Shown here: positions 23,998 to 36,414 of the stretch, piece by piece
Layout of the letters: each line of letters opens with the position of its first letter
Position numbering within the stretch: position 1 is the first letter of the stretch
Source: Rhizodiscina lignyota
Lineage: Eukaryota
Reading direction: 5' to 3'
Assembly: GCA_010015805.1 (NCBI GenBank)
Contig: ML978124.1
Location: 1,054,001-1,118,000, forward strand
Length of the DNA stretch: 64,000 nt
Notes under the pieces: model-generated
Told to the model about the DNA's origin: nothing
Database searches by the model: none
Seen by the model: the letters and a program-made list of their open reading frames with translations, nothing else
Position numbers and translations under genes: made by a program

Positions 23998-26831
23998 CGA
24001 TTAGAAAGGGTTGGAAAAATGGGTGTAAGTGACGACCGAGGGCCTAAGCCGAAATATACTCGGTAGAATGTCGTAGATTAGGCGTTGAGTATTTGTGAAA
24101 GCCGGATTTTCGAGGCATCGAGCGAGCGCGGGCTGATTAGCATATATGGATGAAAGAATTTGGCTGCCGCGATACGTCATCGGCACTCATCGCAACCCTG
24201 GCCCGCAACAGCCCGCTAAAGCCGGCGTGAGCGCGCAGTAAGGAGCGGATCTGGCCCCTGCAACGCCCGCAACCATGCTCCCACTGAGCTTCTCGCTTCA
24301 ACGGCCCTCCGACTGCGCGCTAACTCGATGCAACTCTGATCGACTTGCCTATTTGCAACAGCCCAGCGCCTCGACCACACTCAGTAGAGACCTACACGGC
24401 TACTGTAGCGACAGCCCTGCGTCGTGCATACCGCGTGCAGAAGAGCCTCTCCCATACCTCTACCGTCCTGCTGCGCCTCGCGCTCCGCGTGGAAATAGAC
24501 GGATCGGTTGCGCTCCGACTGCTGCCCTGCACGAGCCCGATCCGCGCGATTGGACACTTCGTTATCGCAAAGATGGCCGTCTACACGGACAAAGAAAGAC
24601 TCGGTCGGCTGTCGGATGGGGAGAGTCTGGTGCGATGTGCGCGCGTGACTCGGTACCTATTGAGTCTACACAGGCAGCTGCTCCTCGAACTACCCACTCA
24701 CGCGACGAGAAAAAAGCAGCGTCGAATAGAAGCATTCACCGCGCGCTCAAACGAGGACCTTGACACGTACCGTGACCTCGAACCAGTCAAGGTGGGAGTC
24801 ATCCCAGACATTGGAGTTGCGATTACTTGATTCAGCACCGTCGATACAGCCAGTCTGACCATCTGCACCCCACCATTTCTTGATCCTGCACAGGCTCGTG
24901 GCAGAGGCGAATACCTGCCCAATTCAGCCATTCTCTCTATATTGATTTTCTCGAGCTGTGGTGCGGGTCCGCTCCACTGTTTTTTGTAGAGCGCTCCAGG
25001 ATTGCATGCACGAGCGTAAGCGTTGAAGCAGCACGCAGCTGGGCGTGAAACCAAACCCACGGCGATCCCGCACACCACTGCAAATTCCAATTCTCACCAT
25101 TGAGCAGGACGAGTCGCACGATAGCACGTCCAATTGCATCCCTACCCGGAGTTGCATCGGCAATAACTCGTCGAGAGGGCATTGGTGGGTATTTGACGGG
25201 TGCACAGCATTCCAAAGCACGCTGCTTGTGAGGAAAACTTTTTTCTCCACGGAATGCAGGGGCGTCAGCGAGAACCTTCCGTGTTGAGTGTTCTAGAAGA
25301 CACCTGCAGGCGCCCTGCATATGCATGGCCCAGCACCCCAAACCCGATAGGGCCGAGATCTACCCTTCCGGAGAAACCCGATCACCATTCCCCTCTCGAA
25401 AATGCCATGCTGTTCCACTCAAAAATGCCACGAGGAGCGCACTGTTCCTCTGAATTAGAGTTGATGGGCCATTGCCAAGGCAAGTATAAGGCCTCAGCAG
25501 TACCATGCGACACTGCAGGCTACACTGCAGCTGAGCCACTGTTGTGGCTTGTCTTTAGATCTAGATCCGCAATTCCATGCTCTTGTCCTCAATAGCCGTC
25601 CGGCAAGTCCTGATCCCGATTAAGAGAGACAAACAAGACTTATCACAAGGTGCCAGATCACTGCTCAAGCAGAGCGAAAACGCGACCAAGAAAGGTACAT
25701 CACAGCTGGAACGGGAAATGCAATAAGGCACTGCCACTGCCTACAGCACCGTTCGGGAAGCCGAACGACGATCATCAGGTACTCTTTCACTATGCCCGGA
25801 TTTCATGAGATTCGCCTTCAGGCGCTATGAAATATTGTGGCTGCAGCAGCGCCGCTTAAACTCTGCAGATACATGCCATCTTGAAACAATAGACACTCTG
25901 AAGATGCGCAGTCCAATAAACAAAGCAGATCCAACCAAGCTTCTAGCGAAGGAAGCGAAGCTCGGTCGCGCTGGACCCTGTCAATCTTCAACAACTCGAA
26001 GATGCGAAAGTGGAGCAATGGCGACATGCTTTTGCGAAACATCGACAAAGACTTCAGGATAAAGCCGATCTTTCTAAGAATAAGCATGAAACCATAGTCG
26101 GCCGCCTGCCGAAGTCTCCGGCTCGCTGGGTTGGGCGCTCGCGAGAGCGCACGTTGCAGCCCTGGAAGTGGCGAAATCTCACTGCTCAGTGCTGATACGA
26201 GAGCGACGAACCGATCAGCCCTGCACGGCCGGCCCACCTACTCAACATCTCCCAAGATCTACCCCAGTTCCTCGAAGCGGCAGTTTTCAATATTTGGAAG
26301 CCTCAGTATCTGCCATGGCTCGGTAGTTGTCCCGTCTTCCAAATCCCTCGGCACGCCCCCAATTGGCGAGATGCTGAGGGTGCAGAACAGTACGGGGGAA
26401 CAAAGGAATGGCGCGGAATACTAGGACGAATTACGGAATGCGGAAACGTCTCTTACGACCGAGCGATTTCCAGACACCACGAGAATTGTAGCAAAGTAGG
26501 CACCACTACGCCCGTATTGCGGCACACGGCGGCCGTCGAAAACAAAGAAGGTCCGCTCTATCGCTATCCGAATTGATGTTTTATGAATTTCCACGGCCCA
26601 TTGAGGCCTATTGACTAATGTTCACGAGATGCGACGAGATCAGTCATGACGTCTGGGCGGAAAGGCGGAATCCTTGAAAGAGCACTGTCTTCATGTACAC
26701 GACGCTCGAAATACGACGATGTCCGCCACTCGTAATGCATCGAAAGATGCCCCGAATCGCTATGCTACTCAAATACACGGTGCATTCCTCATCAACGAGT
26801 AATCAATATTTCAGCCCCAAGCCCCCTCAGC

Positions 26832-28951
26832 TCACGGCCCAGCTGTCGCAGCGCCAGATGCACCATGTACAGCTTCAGGTACCGCAGACTCAGCTAAACT
26901 ATGCAGACCGCCATTGCCATGCGACCCAAACGAGGTGAAACTATCCCATCCCATGAACTTCAGCGCAGCGAACGCGACTCCCAGCGTCAGCGGAAGCGCC
27001 CACAGTAGGAATTTTATAATATAATCGCGACGATTCGGCCCGTCGGCGCTGGCATCAGGGCTAGCTTCAGCCCGCACCTCCGACGGCTCGTCATTAATCG
27101 AGAAAACAGAGTTGAACATGCCCTCCAGCCCTGTGACTGCTGGCTCTTCCTTCAATTGCCATTTTGGCTCCGCCAGCTCCAAGTACCCTTTGCTCTTTTG
27201 AGCGCTGCTCGCAGAATACGGGTCGGCGTTCAGCAGCGGATTGTCCTCCCCGTCGCCCTTCTTCCCCTTCATCTGCGCAAAAAAGTTCTCCTTCTTCTCG
27301 GCCGATGCGCGCTGGAATCCAGGCTTCCATGGATTGCGTAGCTTCGCCGCTGGTGCCTTTGGGGCTGGGGGAAGAGTGCCATAGAATGCCGAGGTTCGAC
27401 TTGATGGACCGCCCAGCGCGCTCGGCGTCCCCGATGCGCCTGAGTCGGCATAAGGGGCGAGTTGTTGTTGGTTTGCTTGAGGCGTACGAGAGTTGAACGC
27501 CGCATTACGCGGCTGGAATGTAGTTTGCGTCACGGTAGGCGACCAGTCCATTGTGTTGAAGGTATCGCTGTCCGCGGCAGATGTGGTTGTGTCGGCCTCG
27601 GAGATGAGATCGTCTGGTGGTGGAGTTGGTGGATCGTTAAAAGCAGATCGGTACGTCCGATCGAGGGTGCCGACTGGGAAAGAAGGCCTTGCGAATGGAG
27701 AGGATTGAGATTGGCGGGTAGGTTTTGCTGTGCCCGAAGATGAGAATACGGAATCAGCCTTTTGACTCTCGTTCTCTGGGATGAGTGGTCCGATGTTGTT
27801 GGTGAAGAGAACTCGTGGTTTGTCGTCGATTTTGACGGTGCGTAGAGAAGTGATTGTGGACTGGAACAGTTAGCATAAGCTAGCGGTTAGACAAAATGAT
27901 TCGGCTTACTCACCAGTATTAGAAACGCAACCATGAATGCATGGGCTCCTCCAAAAGCCCGCTGCGGCACCAGTGATTGCGCCGAGTCCTGCAGCATCCA
28001 CCAGGCTGCCGTCCGAACCAACTGAACGACGAGCTGCAGTGTCAGATGTTCTGAGAGTCCAGTCATTCGAACGTTCGCGCGGCTGATCTTCTCCATCAAT
28101 CTCGGATTCCACCACATGGATAGCGCTGCGACAATGAGTGCTTGGTGTACATATGTCGAGGTCGCCGCGAAGCATCGTCGCTCCACCACCCAAGGGCTCC
28201 ACACCAACCCTCGCACACATCCAAACAACGTGAGCGGTCCCGATCGCGAAAGGCTCATGTACCACGGATCACGATCTATCATCGCGCCTTGCAAGTGCCA
28301 AGCTAGCTGGAGTATGATGCTCGACCACCATGCGATTCCTCCCAACGTGACCAGCAACCCTCTCCACCCCGAAACACCGTGTCTCTGAAAGTTGCCTCCC
28401 CTCGCGCGCTCCAGCATGCGCCGCAGGTGATCCGTCTTCGCCGCATATCCCGCAGCCTGCATCCTAGCTCTTACCCGTGGCTCGCACTTCGCGCAGACCT
28501 GGGGATAGCGAATCTGCAAGTTGCGCTCGTACGCTGGGAACGCGGCTTCGTACTTTGCATACTCCGGGTCCGTTGGCGACAGGTCCGGAGGGTAGTAGTT
28601 GGCGACTGCCTGTGTGTAGAGCTGTTGGTTCTTTATGCATTCTGTGCAGAAGATTGGGTCGGACGGTGGATCGAGCTCCGGAGATGTGTGGCGGGGAGCG
28701 CTCTGCGCGTACTGTATTGAGGTCGTCTCAGCTACCTGAGCTGGAGGATCTGTGATTTCGCCATTCTATGATTCAAATATACGTTAGCACGAAAGCTGTT
28801 TGGTAGATGCGTCTGATCGATGTGGAGTACACACCTCGTCGAGAAAGTTGGTGGAACCGCACTTCTCACACTGCCAGTCTTTCAGACCACGAGAGTACTT
28901 CTGTGATGAGCGCTGGTTACAGTAGAAGCATGCGAGGTTTCGGCGCAGCAT
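26832..28951 (-). CDS. IMA1: Ima1 integral inner nuclear membrane protein (Samp1/NET5 family)
   Basis: LACFYC...WQCEKCGSTNFLDE|NGEITDPP, IFCTECIKNQ, YPQVCAKC, AGYAAKTDHLRR, several TM segments, MDWSPT motif; two introns. Confidence 0.9.
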
Positions 28952-29269
28952 TGTAGGATTTGTTGTTTGTAGATTAGTAGAAGGTGTCCGGAGGTTTGAG
29001 CGGCAGCCTGCAGTGGGGATCGGAGGTGGAGCTGAGCGGCTGGGCGGCCACTGACAGCTTTTTCTATTGTCGCCGAAGAACAACGTGAACGCCTCCAACA
29101 CCAGCATCGGCCCCAGTCTTGCGCTTTCAACACTTCTTTGTTTCAATTGCGTGTCTGGAAGCTCGGGCAATATGTTCACTGTGCGGTGAAACAAGCCTTC
29201 AGACACAAAGTCTTCCTCCCATTGTCTTCCATCCGTTCTCCCATTGATCCACCCGCACTCCAATCCACA

Positions 29270-30485
29270 ATGCAGGCCGTCCGGCGACGCGTCGAACAGG
29301 CAGTCCGCCAGACGAAACGAAGACAAGTCATTAAGAAGAATAGGATCAAGCACGACTATGGACGGCAACGGAAGATGGAGGGCGACATGGTGAAGGGCAT
29401 GGCGGTCCGGCAAATCCGCGAAGCGCACAGAATGCGTAAGGAGGACTATGAACTGGGCCCTATTGCTCCACGACGGGATGCAGGCAAAGATGCAGAGCAC
29501 TACGGTACGATCGATAACCAGCGCTTCAACAGCATCACCGTGCCGCCGTGGAAGCGCAAGTGGTGTCCCATAGAAGTAGGGGATAGGGTGATCATGCTCA
29601 AGGGCGTTGATGCTGGCAAGATTGGAGTGGTCGATGATAAAGACCTGGAGTCGGAGCAGCTCAGGATCAAGGATTTGAATATGGTACGTTTCTAGACGGA
29701 AGTCGACAGCAGAATCTTCTCGGAGCATGCACTCATGATATATGATTTAGGCCTCAATACACCTACCAGAGTGGCTACGTAGCGCCCAGGGCCATAACAA
29801 CCCGACTGGAGACTTCCCAATGAACATCTCGTGGCACGACGTGCGCCTCGTGCATCCCCTCCCCCATCCCATCACCGGCGTCGAGCGCGACGTGATCGTC
29901 GAAAACCTCGAGCGGCGCGAAGTATACACCGACGACGAGACGCTCGAGACCGAGTACGAGCGCGTCATCCCCGAGCTCGACTACGTGGTGCCGTGGCCCA
30001 AAAAGCACGAGGTAGTGCACGAGGACCACGACAGCGACACGCTGCGCATCACGGTGGAGCAGCGCACGTGGCTGCCCACCATCAACGAGGACCCCTTCCC
30101 GCCCAGCGTCATCGACGAGCTGCGCAACAAGTACAGCAAGTACCGCGTGCCGGACAATGAGAACTTCGCGAAGCGTAGGATGGCGCATGAGGAGAACAAG
30201 AAGACGAGGGACATCAAGTGGATGGAGTCGATGCGCACGCCGCTGCAGGAGCTGCATGCGCTGCGCGCGGAGGAGAGACGGAAGGAGTTGAGAGAGAAGG
30301 GATTGGAGGCCCCGATGCCGGAGATTGAGCTCAAGAGGGGCAAGCCGTGGAAGTGGAAGGCCAGGCCGAGAGAACAGGAGCCTGTCGACGATGAGTTTTT
30401 AGCACGCATTGGGTCAATGTTGGCGGAGAAGAAGGCCGCTGGCTCAGGGACTGCTCCAGCAGAACGTCAGAAGGTGAAAGCATGA
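29270..30485 (+). CDS. MRPL40: Mitochondrial large-subunit ribosomal protein uL24m (KOW motif)
   Basis: EDYELGPIAPRRD, KOW motif IEVGDRVIMLKGVDAGKIG, VRLVHPL, DTLRITVEQRTWLP, PFPPSVIDELRNKYSKYR, MRTPLQEL; one intron near 29684-29750. Confidence 0.85.
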
Positions 30486-30705
30486 GCAAGCATTGTACAC
30501 ATAGCATCTTTGTAAAATATACTTCGTATTTGACGGCGTGTTGCCATGAGCGTGTATCGTGTGTCTACGCTCTATTCGTGCCACAAGCGCCTCGCTGTGA
30601 TCCCGAAATGCTCAAAGTCGTTTTGCTGTGAGCGCGTTCCCCAAGTCGTATCCAGTACCAGCAACACCATGCCATTCACTTCGTAATCGTCACCGATGCT
30701 ATGCT

Positions 30706-31566
30706 CTACACCAGCACTCCTTTATATTCTCCCTTGCCTCCTCCACATCCCTCCAGCTGCTTCCACTGCACCAGGAATCGATCCACGAGAAGGAGAAGCA
30801 GCCTGCCGCTAAGGCTGAGCGTGTTAACGCGCGCGAAGCTCTCCACATAGACGGTGCGCATCTTGCTCCGGTCGTTCGCGCCACGGAAATTGAAGAAGCG
30901 GAGGAGGATCGAGGCGAGGACCACGATGACGGCAGTGCCGGGGCCGTTGGTGAGGATGATGTCGGGGTACGGGCGTTCGGCCAGGAGGCGAAGAGTAGCG
31001 ATGAGACAGTACATTGCGGTGAACGGGGCCGTGAAGATCGACTGGTGGACATGGCGAGCGCGAGGCAGGGTCGCGATGCTGTAGCTAGAGGTAAAATCTG
31101 CATTCGAATGCTTTTGGGTGGACACGGCAGAACGAGCCTCACGCTTCCTCAAGACCTGCGCCGGCACCAATGGCGTTCCGTTCTCTTCCATGGCCTCCCT
31201 CAGCGCCTCCACCATCTCCTTCTCTCTCTTCTCCAGCTCCGCCCTCACCGCCATATCCAACTCGAACTTCTTGGCCTTGTTCGCGCTGAACGCGTCGCCG
31301 CTGCTCACAACGTAGGTCCGGTGGTCGATCGACACGTTCAGTATATCGGTTACTTTGTTGATCATGGCAAGCATCTCCGCCGTGTGTCCGCCGCTGCCCA
31401 AGACGATGAGGATTCGACCGGGCTCATCGCGAGCGCGCTCACGGGGTGGACCGCGGCGGGGTGGAATGAGCGTGAGGACACGTAGGCCAGCGAGAATGAT
31501 CGCGATCATAAGAAAAGCGAGTGTGGACAGGACCAATGGGTGCACGAGAAGCTTGAGGAGACCCAT
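30706..31566 (-). CDS. ALG14: UDP-GlcNAc transferase subunit Alg14
   Basis: N-terminal TM; LIVLGSGGHTAEM, YVVSSGD, PRARHVHQS, PDIILTNGPGT, VYVESFARVNTLSLSG, DRFLVQW. Confidence 0.93.
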   Translation of the reverse strand: MGLLKLLVHPLVLSTLAFLMIAIILAGLRVLTLIPPRRGPPRERARDEPGRILIVLGSGGHTAEMLAMINKVTDILNVSIDHRTYVVSSGDAFSANKAKKFELDMAVRAELEKREKEMVEALREAMEENGTPLVPAQVLRKREARSAVSTQKHSNADFTSSYSIATLPRARHVHQSIFTAPFTAMYCLIATLRLLAERPYPDIILTNGPGTAVIVVLASILLRFFNFRGANDRSKMRTVYVESFARVNTLSLSGRLLLLLVDRFLVQWKQLEGCGGGKGEYKGVLV

Positions 31567-32640
31567 TTTGGATTGTTGATGGTGGATCTTGCTTGCGTGG
31601 AGAAGAAGAGAGGAAGGAAAGGAAGAAACCTGGGGGAGGTATTTAAGTTATGGCTGCCTGATCCGCCTGAGGAGCTCGAACCATTTTGGCGGAAATTATT
31701 GCATGCCTAAAATGAGGGGATTGTTGTTGTGTTGCTCACTGAAATGAAGTGTTTGTGAAGTGTAGTGGACGATGGACATTTACGTGGAGTAAAATTGACC
31801 AATGACGTTGACGCATCCACCATGGCTTATTAGATCGAAGCCCACAACCTGCTCGCACTAGTATTCTGCGTATCTATCCCATAGTTGAATAATGTACATT
31901 TGAGTCTCATAACTTTTACAATGCGATAGCCGTCTCAAAGGTAGATAGTTTGATAGTTGAGGGACAAGTTATGTCCGCGTACGAACATCCTAGATCAATA
32001 ATATCCGCCCTTTTGGACAGACGGAGACCGTTTCTAACGCCCGAATCCCAGAGGCCTGGAGAGCGTTTCCAATTCCAGTCCAGTTCAAAGAACTTGTGCG
32101 TCCACGCTTTCTCTTTAAGCTTAATTGAACGTCAGTCGGTGCGCGTGGCGCGTCGAGCATGTGAACATCCTAGTGCCGATCATTCCACCGAGTTGGCTTC
32201 CACTATTGGCTAGTATGGGCAACGGATGTCTTTTACAATGTCAATTCACGCATTCAGTCACATTCACTTAGAAATGGAGTTTTTGTATAGACATCACATT
32301 CTATTGTTTTAATCTTAAACATTTACAATAGAAGGTAGATCCCCCAGATGTTGTCTGTCCGCCTAGACTCCGGCGTCCGACATGTATGATTTTTTCCGGT
32401 TTTTGGAATTTGAAAATCCTTCCTTTGCTCCATGTGCTGTGATGTTTTGAATTTCGTATCCTCCCTTATTTGAAGAAACAGCAGGTCATGCAAGGCAGCG
32501 AGTGACGACAAGGTCAAATGCGCCAGCGAAAGTGGAGCTCCATCACCAAGATATACAACGAATTGAAGAGAAAAGAGTGGTCATCGCGGCGCTAAGGCGG
32601 CGACAGCGACAATGCTAGCAGCAATGCAAAGAGTGGTCGC

Positions 32641-33594
32641 TTAGTTGTTGAAGTACCACTTGACGCCCTGGAGCCTGCCGACGCCAGTGTCGGCGAACTT
32701 CTCGAACAGGCTTTGGCTCATGTCCAAGTCGTATTCACCAGCGCAGCCAGGGCAGGTGTCTTCAATCTTGGCCGTCTCGGTCTGGCCGTTGTATTCGATG
32801 GTGATTGAGGCGCCACACCTGGGGTTGGCATTCGGGTTGGCGCCGTCGAACTGACTCATGTAGCCCGCACCGACAGCGACAATGGAATCGCCCTCGGAGT
32901 TCTCAACACCGCAGGAGCCCATGCCGACGGCGTAGTAGGTACCCTCGCCGGTGAATGGGTTGGACTCAGTACCGGCGGAACCACTGGAGGAGCTGCTACT
33001 GGAAGAGGAGTCGCTAGAGACACTGTAAGACGAAGGAGTAGCAGCGGCCGGAGCAGCGCTGGTGCTAGGAGTGGGAGTTGAAGTCGTGGTTGGTGGTGGT
33101 GGCGGTGGGGTGCTGGTCGTCGTTGGGACGTAAGTGGACGTCGTTGTTGGCGCGACGTAGACGGATGTAGACGTAGACGTAGATGTAGACGAAGTCTTTG
33201 GTGCCGGCGGTGGAGGAGGAGTAGACGAGCTGGTGGTCACTGGAACTGCCTCCGCGGTAGTGGAAGGGGTGGATGCCGGAGTGTAGGCTGGCGCCGAAGG
33301 AGTCTTGGTAGTAGCCGCAGCGTGGCTCTTAGGAGTGCCCTTGTGATGGTGGTGAGAATAGGTTGAGTGCTCGCTCTCAAAGCCCTCAAAGCCGGCAGCG
33401 GAGATGGTAGCCACAGGCGTAGCACTGCCACTCTCCCACACGAAGTGGGTGGACCAGACGGTGGTGGTAACCCATTCGACCTTGGACTCGGTCACGTAGA
33501 CGCGCTTGTCGAGGTTGTTGCGTCCAAAGAAGTTGAATGGCATGGCAGAGGCGGCGCCAATGAGCGCAAGAGGAAGTAGAGTTGCGGTCTTCAT
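32641..33594 (-). CDS. Secreted Asp f7-like / expansin-related (RlpA-like DPBB) cell-wall protein
   Basis: Signal peptide, LDKR, long S/T/P linker, C-terminal FTGEGTYYAVGMGSCG...NPNANPRCG...DTCPGC...LDMSQSLF...GRLQGVKW. Confidence 0.88.
   Translation of the reverse strand: MKTATLLPLALIGAASAMPFNFFGRNNLDKRVYVTESKVEWVTTTVWSTHFVWESGSATPVATISAAGFEGFESEHSTYSHHHHKGTPKSHAAATTKTPSAPAYTPASTPSTTAEAVPVTTSSSTPPPPPAPKTSSTSTSTSTSVYVAPTTTSTYVPTTTSTPPPPPPTTTSTPTPSTSAAPAAATPSSYSVSSDSSSSSSSSSGSAGTESNPFTGEGTYYAVGMGSCGVENSEGDSIVAVGAGYMSQFDGANPNANPRCGASITIEYNGQTETAKIEDTCPGCAGEYDLDMSQSLFEKFADTGVGRLQGVKWYFNN
33154..33191. repeat. Imperfect (GTAGAC)n coding microsatellite encoding the Thr-Ser linker repeats
   Basis: gacgtagacggatgtagacgtagacgtagatgtagacg read directly. 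Confidence 0.6.
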
Positions 33595-36414
33595 ATTGAG
33601 AGAATTGGAATTCTTGAGGGTATCTTGTTCGTGAGAAAATTTGAGAGTATGATCGACGACGGAAAGGAATGGCCGGGTTGATCAAGCAGGTTTCTTCCGC
33701 GGAGGGACAAATGCGACTGGCTAGCAATCAAACTGTCTTGCGTTGGTGTTGATGTCGTGTTGACGTGCAAACACTTATGTGCAGGTGGTAAAGATTCTGA
33801 TGGTCGTAGCGTAGCACCAGGCTGGACGTAAAATGTTTGACAAGAATGGTACTTGAAGGTCTCGACAGAGCGACAGGTCACCAGAAACCTTGTGTTGTGA
33901 GGGAGTGTTTGGCTCTTGAGTGTGAAGGAATGGAACTACGCAAAAGCTTCAAGCCTGTGTGCGATGGGAGCAGAAAGAGAACGTGGGAGCCCGAGGGCTT
34001 TTGTAGATTTCTCGAAAAAGAGTGTGTTGAGAAGCGTGCAGAGAAGCAGAATGAAGGAAAGAGGAAGAGGGCGAGTAGAAGAGAGGAGCGATGCAAAGGA
34101 GTGGAGCTGGTGAGAAACGACGCCAGCGAACAAAAGGCTTGGCCGCGTGAAAGCGCTGAAAGGCAGACAGGGGCGCATGCGCACTGGCCGCGCCTGCCTA
34201 GGGAGCCGGACAAAGGCCCCATGCGCCGTTTAATTTGCGTCTCCACCACTGGCAGCCACTGGGCGCAGCCTAACACTGCTCCGGGGCCTCCTTTCGGCGG
34301 GCGTGCGTTCTGCGTGCTGCTTCCGACCTGCCCATTTGCTAGGGGCCGCTCCGCATTCCATCGGACCTGAGCGGCGTGGCTTATCCACCGGCGAGCCAGC
34401 GTCGCAGCTCGTGGTCGGCTGTTGCGAATTGTCTCTCTCCACCTCTCGACCGGCCCAGGACAGCTCAGCACTGCTGCAGCGTCACTGCACGCAGAGCCGG
34501 CGGGCATGTCGGCGCAAACAGCGAGCGGCAGATGGGGAAGTGTGTTCCTGTCGCCCGCTGCTGCTTTGGTAGCGAATGTGGGCGGACGTGACATGGTTGG
34601 CGAGCACTCGAAACATGCCGTCCACACGCTGCTGGGCGCAGTCAGGTACTCCCGCAGCAGCTACGCAGCAGCTACGCCCGATTGGTCTCGCCCCTGGTCC
34701 CCCTTAGTCCTCGTTGGGCCAGGGCGAGCAGGTTCCTTGGTCGGGGGCGTGGCCGATCTTCAGGTACGCATGCCCTCCCGGCGATGGCGTGCATGCGCTG
34801 ACACCACGAATCCGCGAGCACTCAACCCTCACATCCTGCTCCTGTTGCCAATAAGACACCGCCTTCGTCGTCAAACAACATCGCACAAACATCTCTATCT
34901 TGGGACCGCGTGTATCGCGACATCATCGCCGTGTCTCCTGTGCGCCCACGACTGCATCTCGCCGAGCGCCTGTCGTCGCCGCAGAGAGAGCGTCTCGCCA
35001 ATCCAAATCGCGCTGCGACAAACCTTGGGCTGCGCTGCATGCGCGGAGCGTCAAGCAAGACATTTCCAATTGGCGTTTTGCTTTCTGGCGACGTGGTTAC
35101 ATGCTTGCATGTTGTGACCTTACTCATAGATCAGAGTCCAGTTCCATTCTTTTTCCTTCCTCGCGCGCGGCCAACATTTTCCTTTTCGTCTTGTCCAACT
35201 TCCCGCTTGCCGGCTACTTTCCCTTCTCCACTGTTTCTGCTTGCCATGAAAGACTCTTCTAGCGCGCTGCAAGCACACCAGGATCCTATCCACTCACCTT
35301 TTTGCACTCTCCATTTTCTTTCGGTAAGCTTAGGGCATTTTGCAATTTGTCGCGATGCCGCTTTTTTTGTCTGACAGGCCGGCTAAAGGCCGTGCAGTCA
35401 CGGCCGGCTTCTCGAACACGACTCTTCGGATGCATGGCGACATATCGATAACTATCCATCTCCACATTTTCCTGTTAGCCAAGTTGTTGGGAGAATGATA
35501 GCTTTAGCCTACCTATTTGCATTTCCTATCATCCGGATGCATGCTACCTATAGACATTTGCTAATATGAACCGTGTGCTGCGAATACCATAATCTCGGTG
35601 ACGCGGCGCGGGGGCCAGCCTTATAGGTCCCTGGCGGCACTTGGGAGACACGGGCTTCCCACGTTTCTCGGCGCGTGGTTCAGAGCTTCAGCTGAGGGAC
35701 CGAGGATTTAGAGCCGGGGATAATGGCAAATACCAACATGCGAGATCTTTGTCCGAGAACTCGAACAATGGACTTGTAATCGGCATTGCTTTTCATCGGT
35801 TACTACTTCCACCCCGCCGGCGGAGACATCTCAAATGCATCATGTGGTGCTACACTCTAGTCTCAGTGTCTTAGACATCCGATTGCAAGCTCAGCTTACC
35901 GCTTGGTCGTTCTCGAATCTTTGGCCTACATCCCACCTGACGCAGTCGATGGCATGATCGAGGCCAATATGGACAATGCTATCCCAACTAGACAACGGTA
36001 GTTGGAAGCGATACGTGATGAATCGTCATCGACTCATCACGACTGGACGCAGAGTTCCATGGCAGCGCTGCAGTTCGACTTCAGCTCTGCATCTTACTGA
36101 CTCGTTTTGAACATTGCCAGGAAACGTCCAAATTCGGCAGTTCGCCGGGCTTTGCTTTTTGATATAATCATCGTATCCATTTTCCAACTTCATTCCTCTC
36201 ATCATATGGACGGCGTTCATAGAGTTAAAATTCTTGAGTTTTCGAGTTTTCGTGTATAAGGCTTGCTAGATAACACGTTCACGTTTCCGTACAAAATATC
36301 CGTACCTGCAGCCCTAGCTTCAATTCGCTGACATCACCCCGCTTTCTTTATCTACAAAGCCCGACATCGCAACAGCCCACTTCACGATGCAGAAGTTGCA
36401 ATTGAGCTGTGAAA

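Noticed and set aside
24275..26424. ORFs upstream of RPN4
   Set aside because: No recognisable domains or splice-consistent models; more plausibly a long regulatory region.
11281..28951. Two nuclear-envelope genes (NEM1 and IMA1) in one window as a functional cluster
   Set aside because: They are 14 kb apart with unrelated genes between them; coincidence is sufficient.
28784..31485. Long antisense ORFs (28784-29728, 29775-30257, 30628-31485)
   Set aside because: Shadow frames of MRPL40 and ALG14 caused by GC3-rich codon usage.
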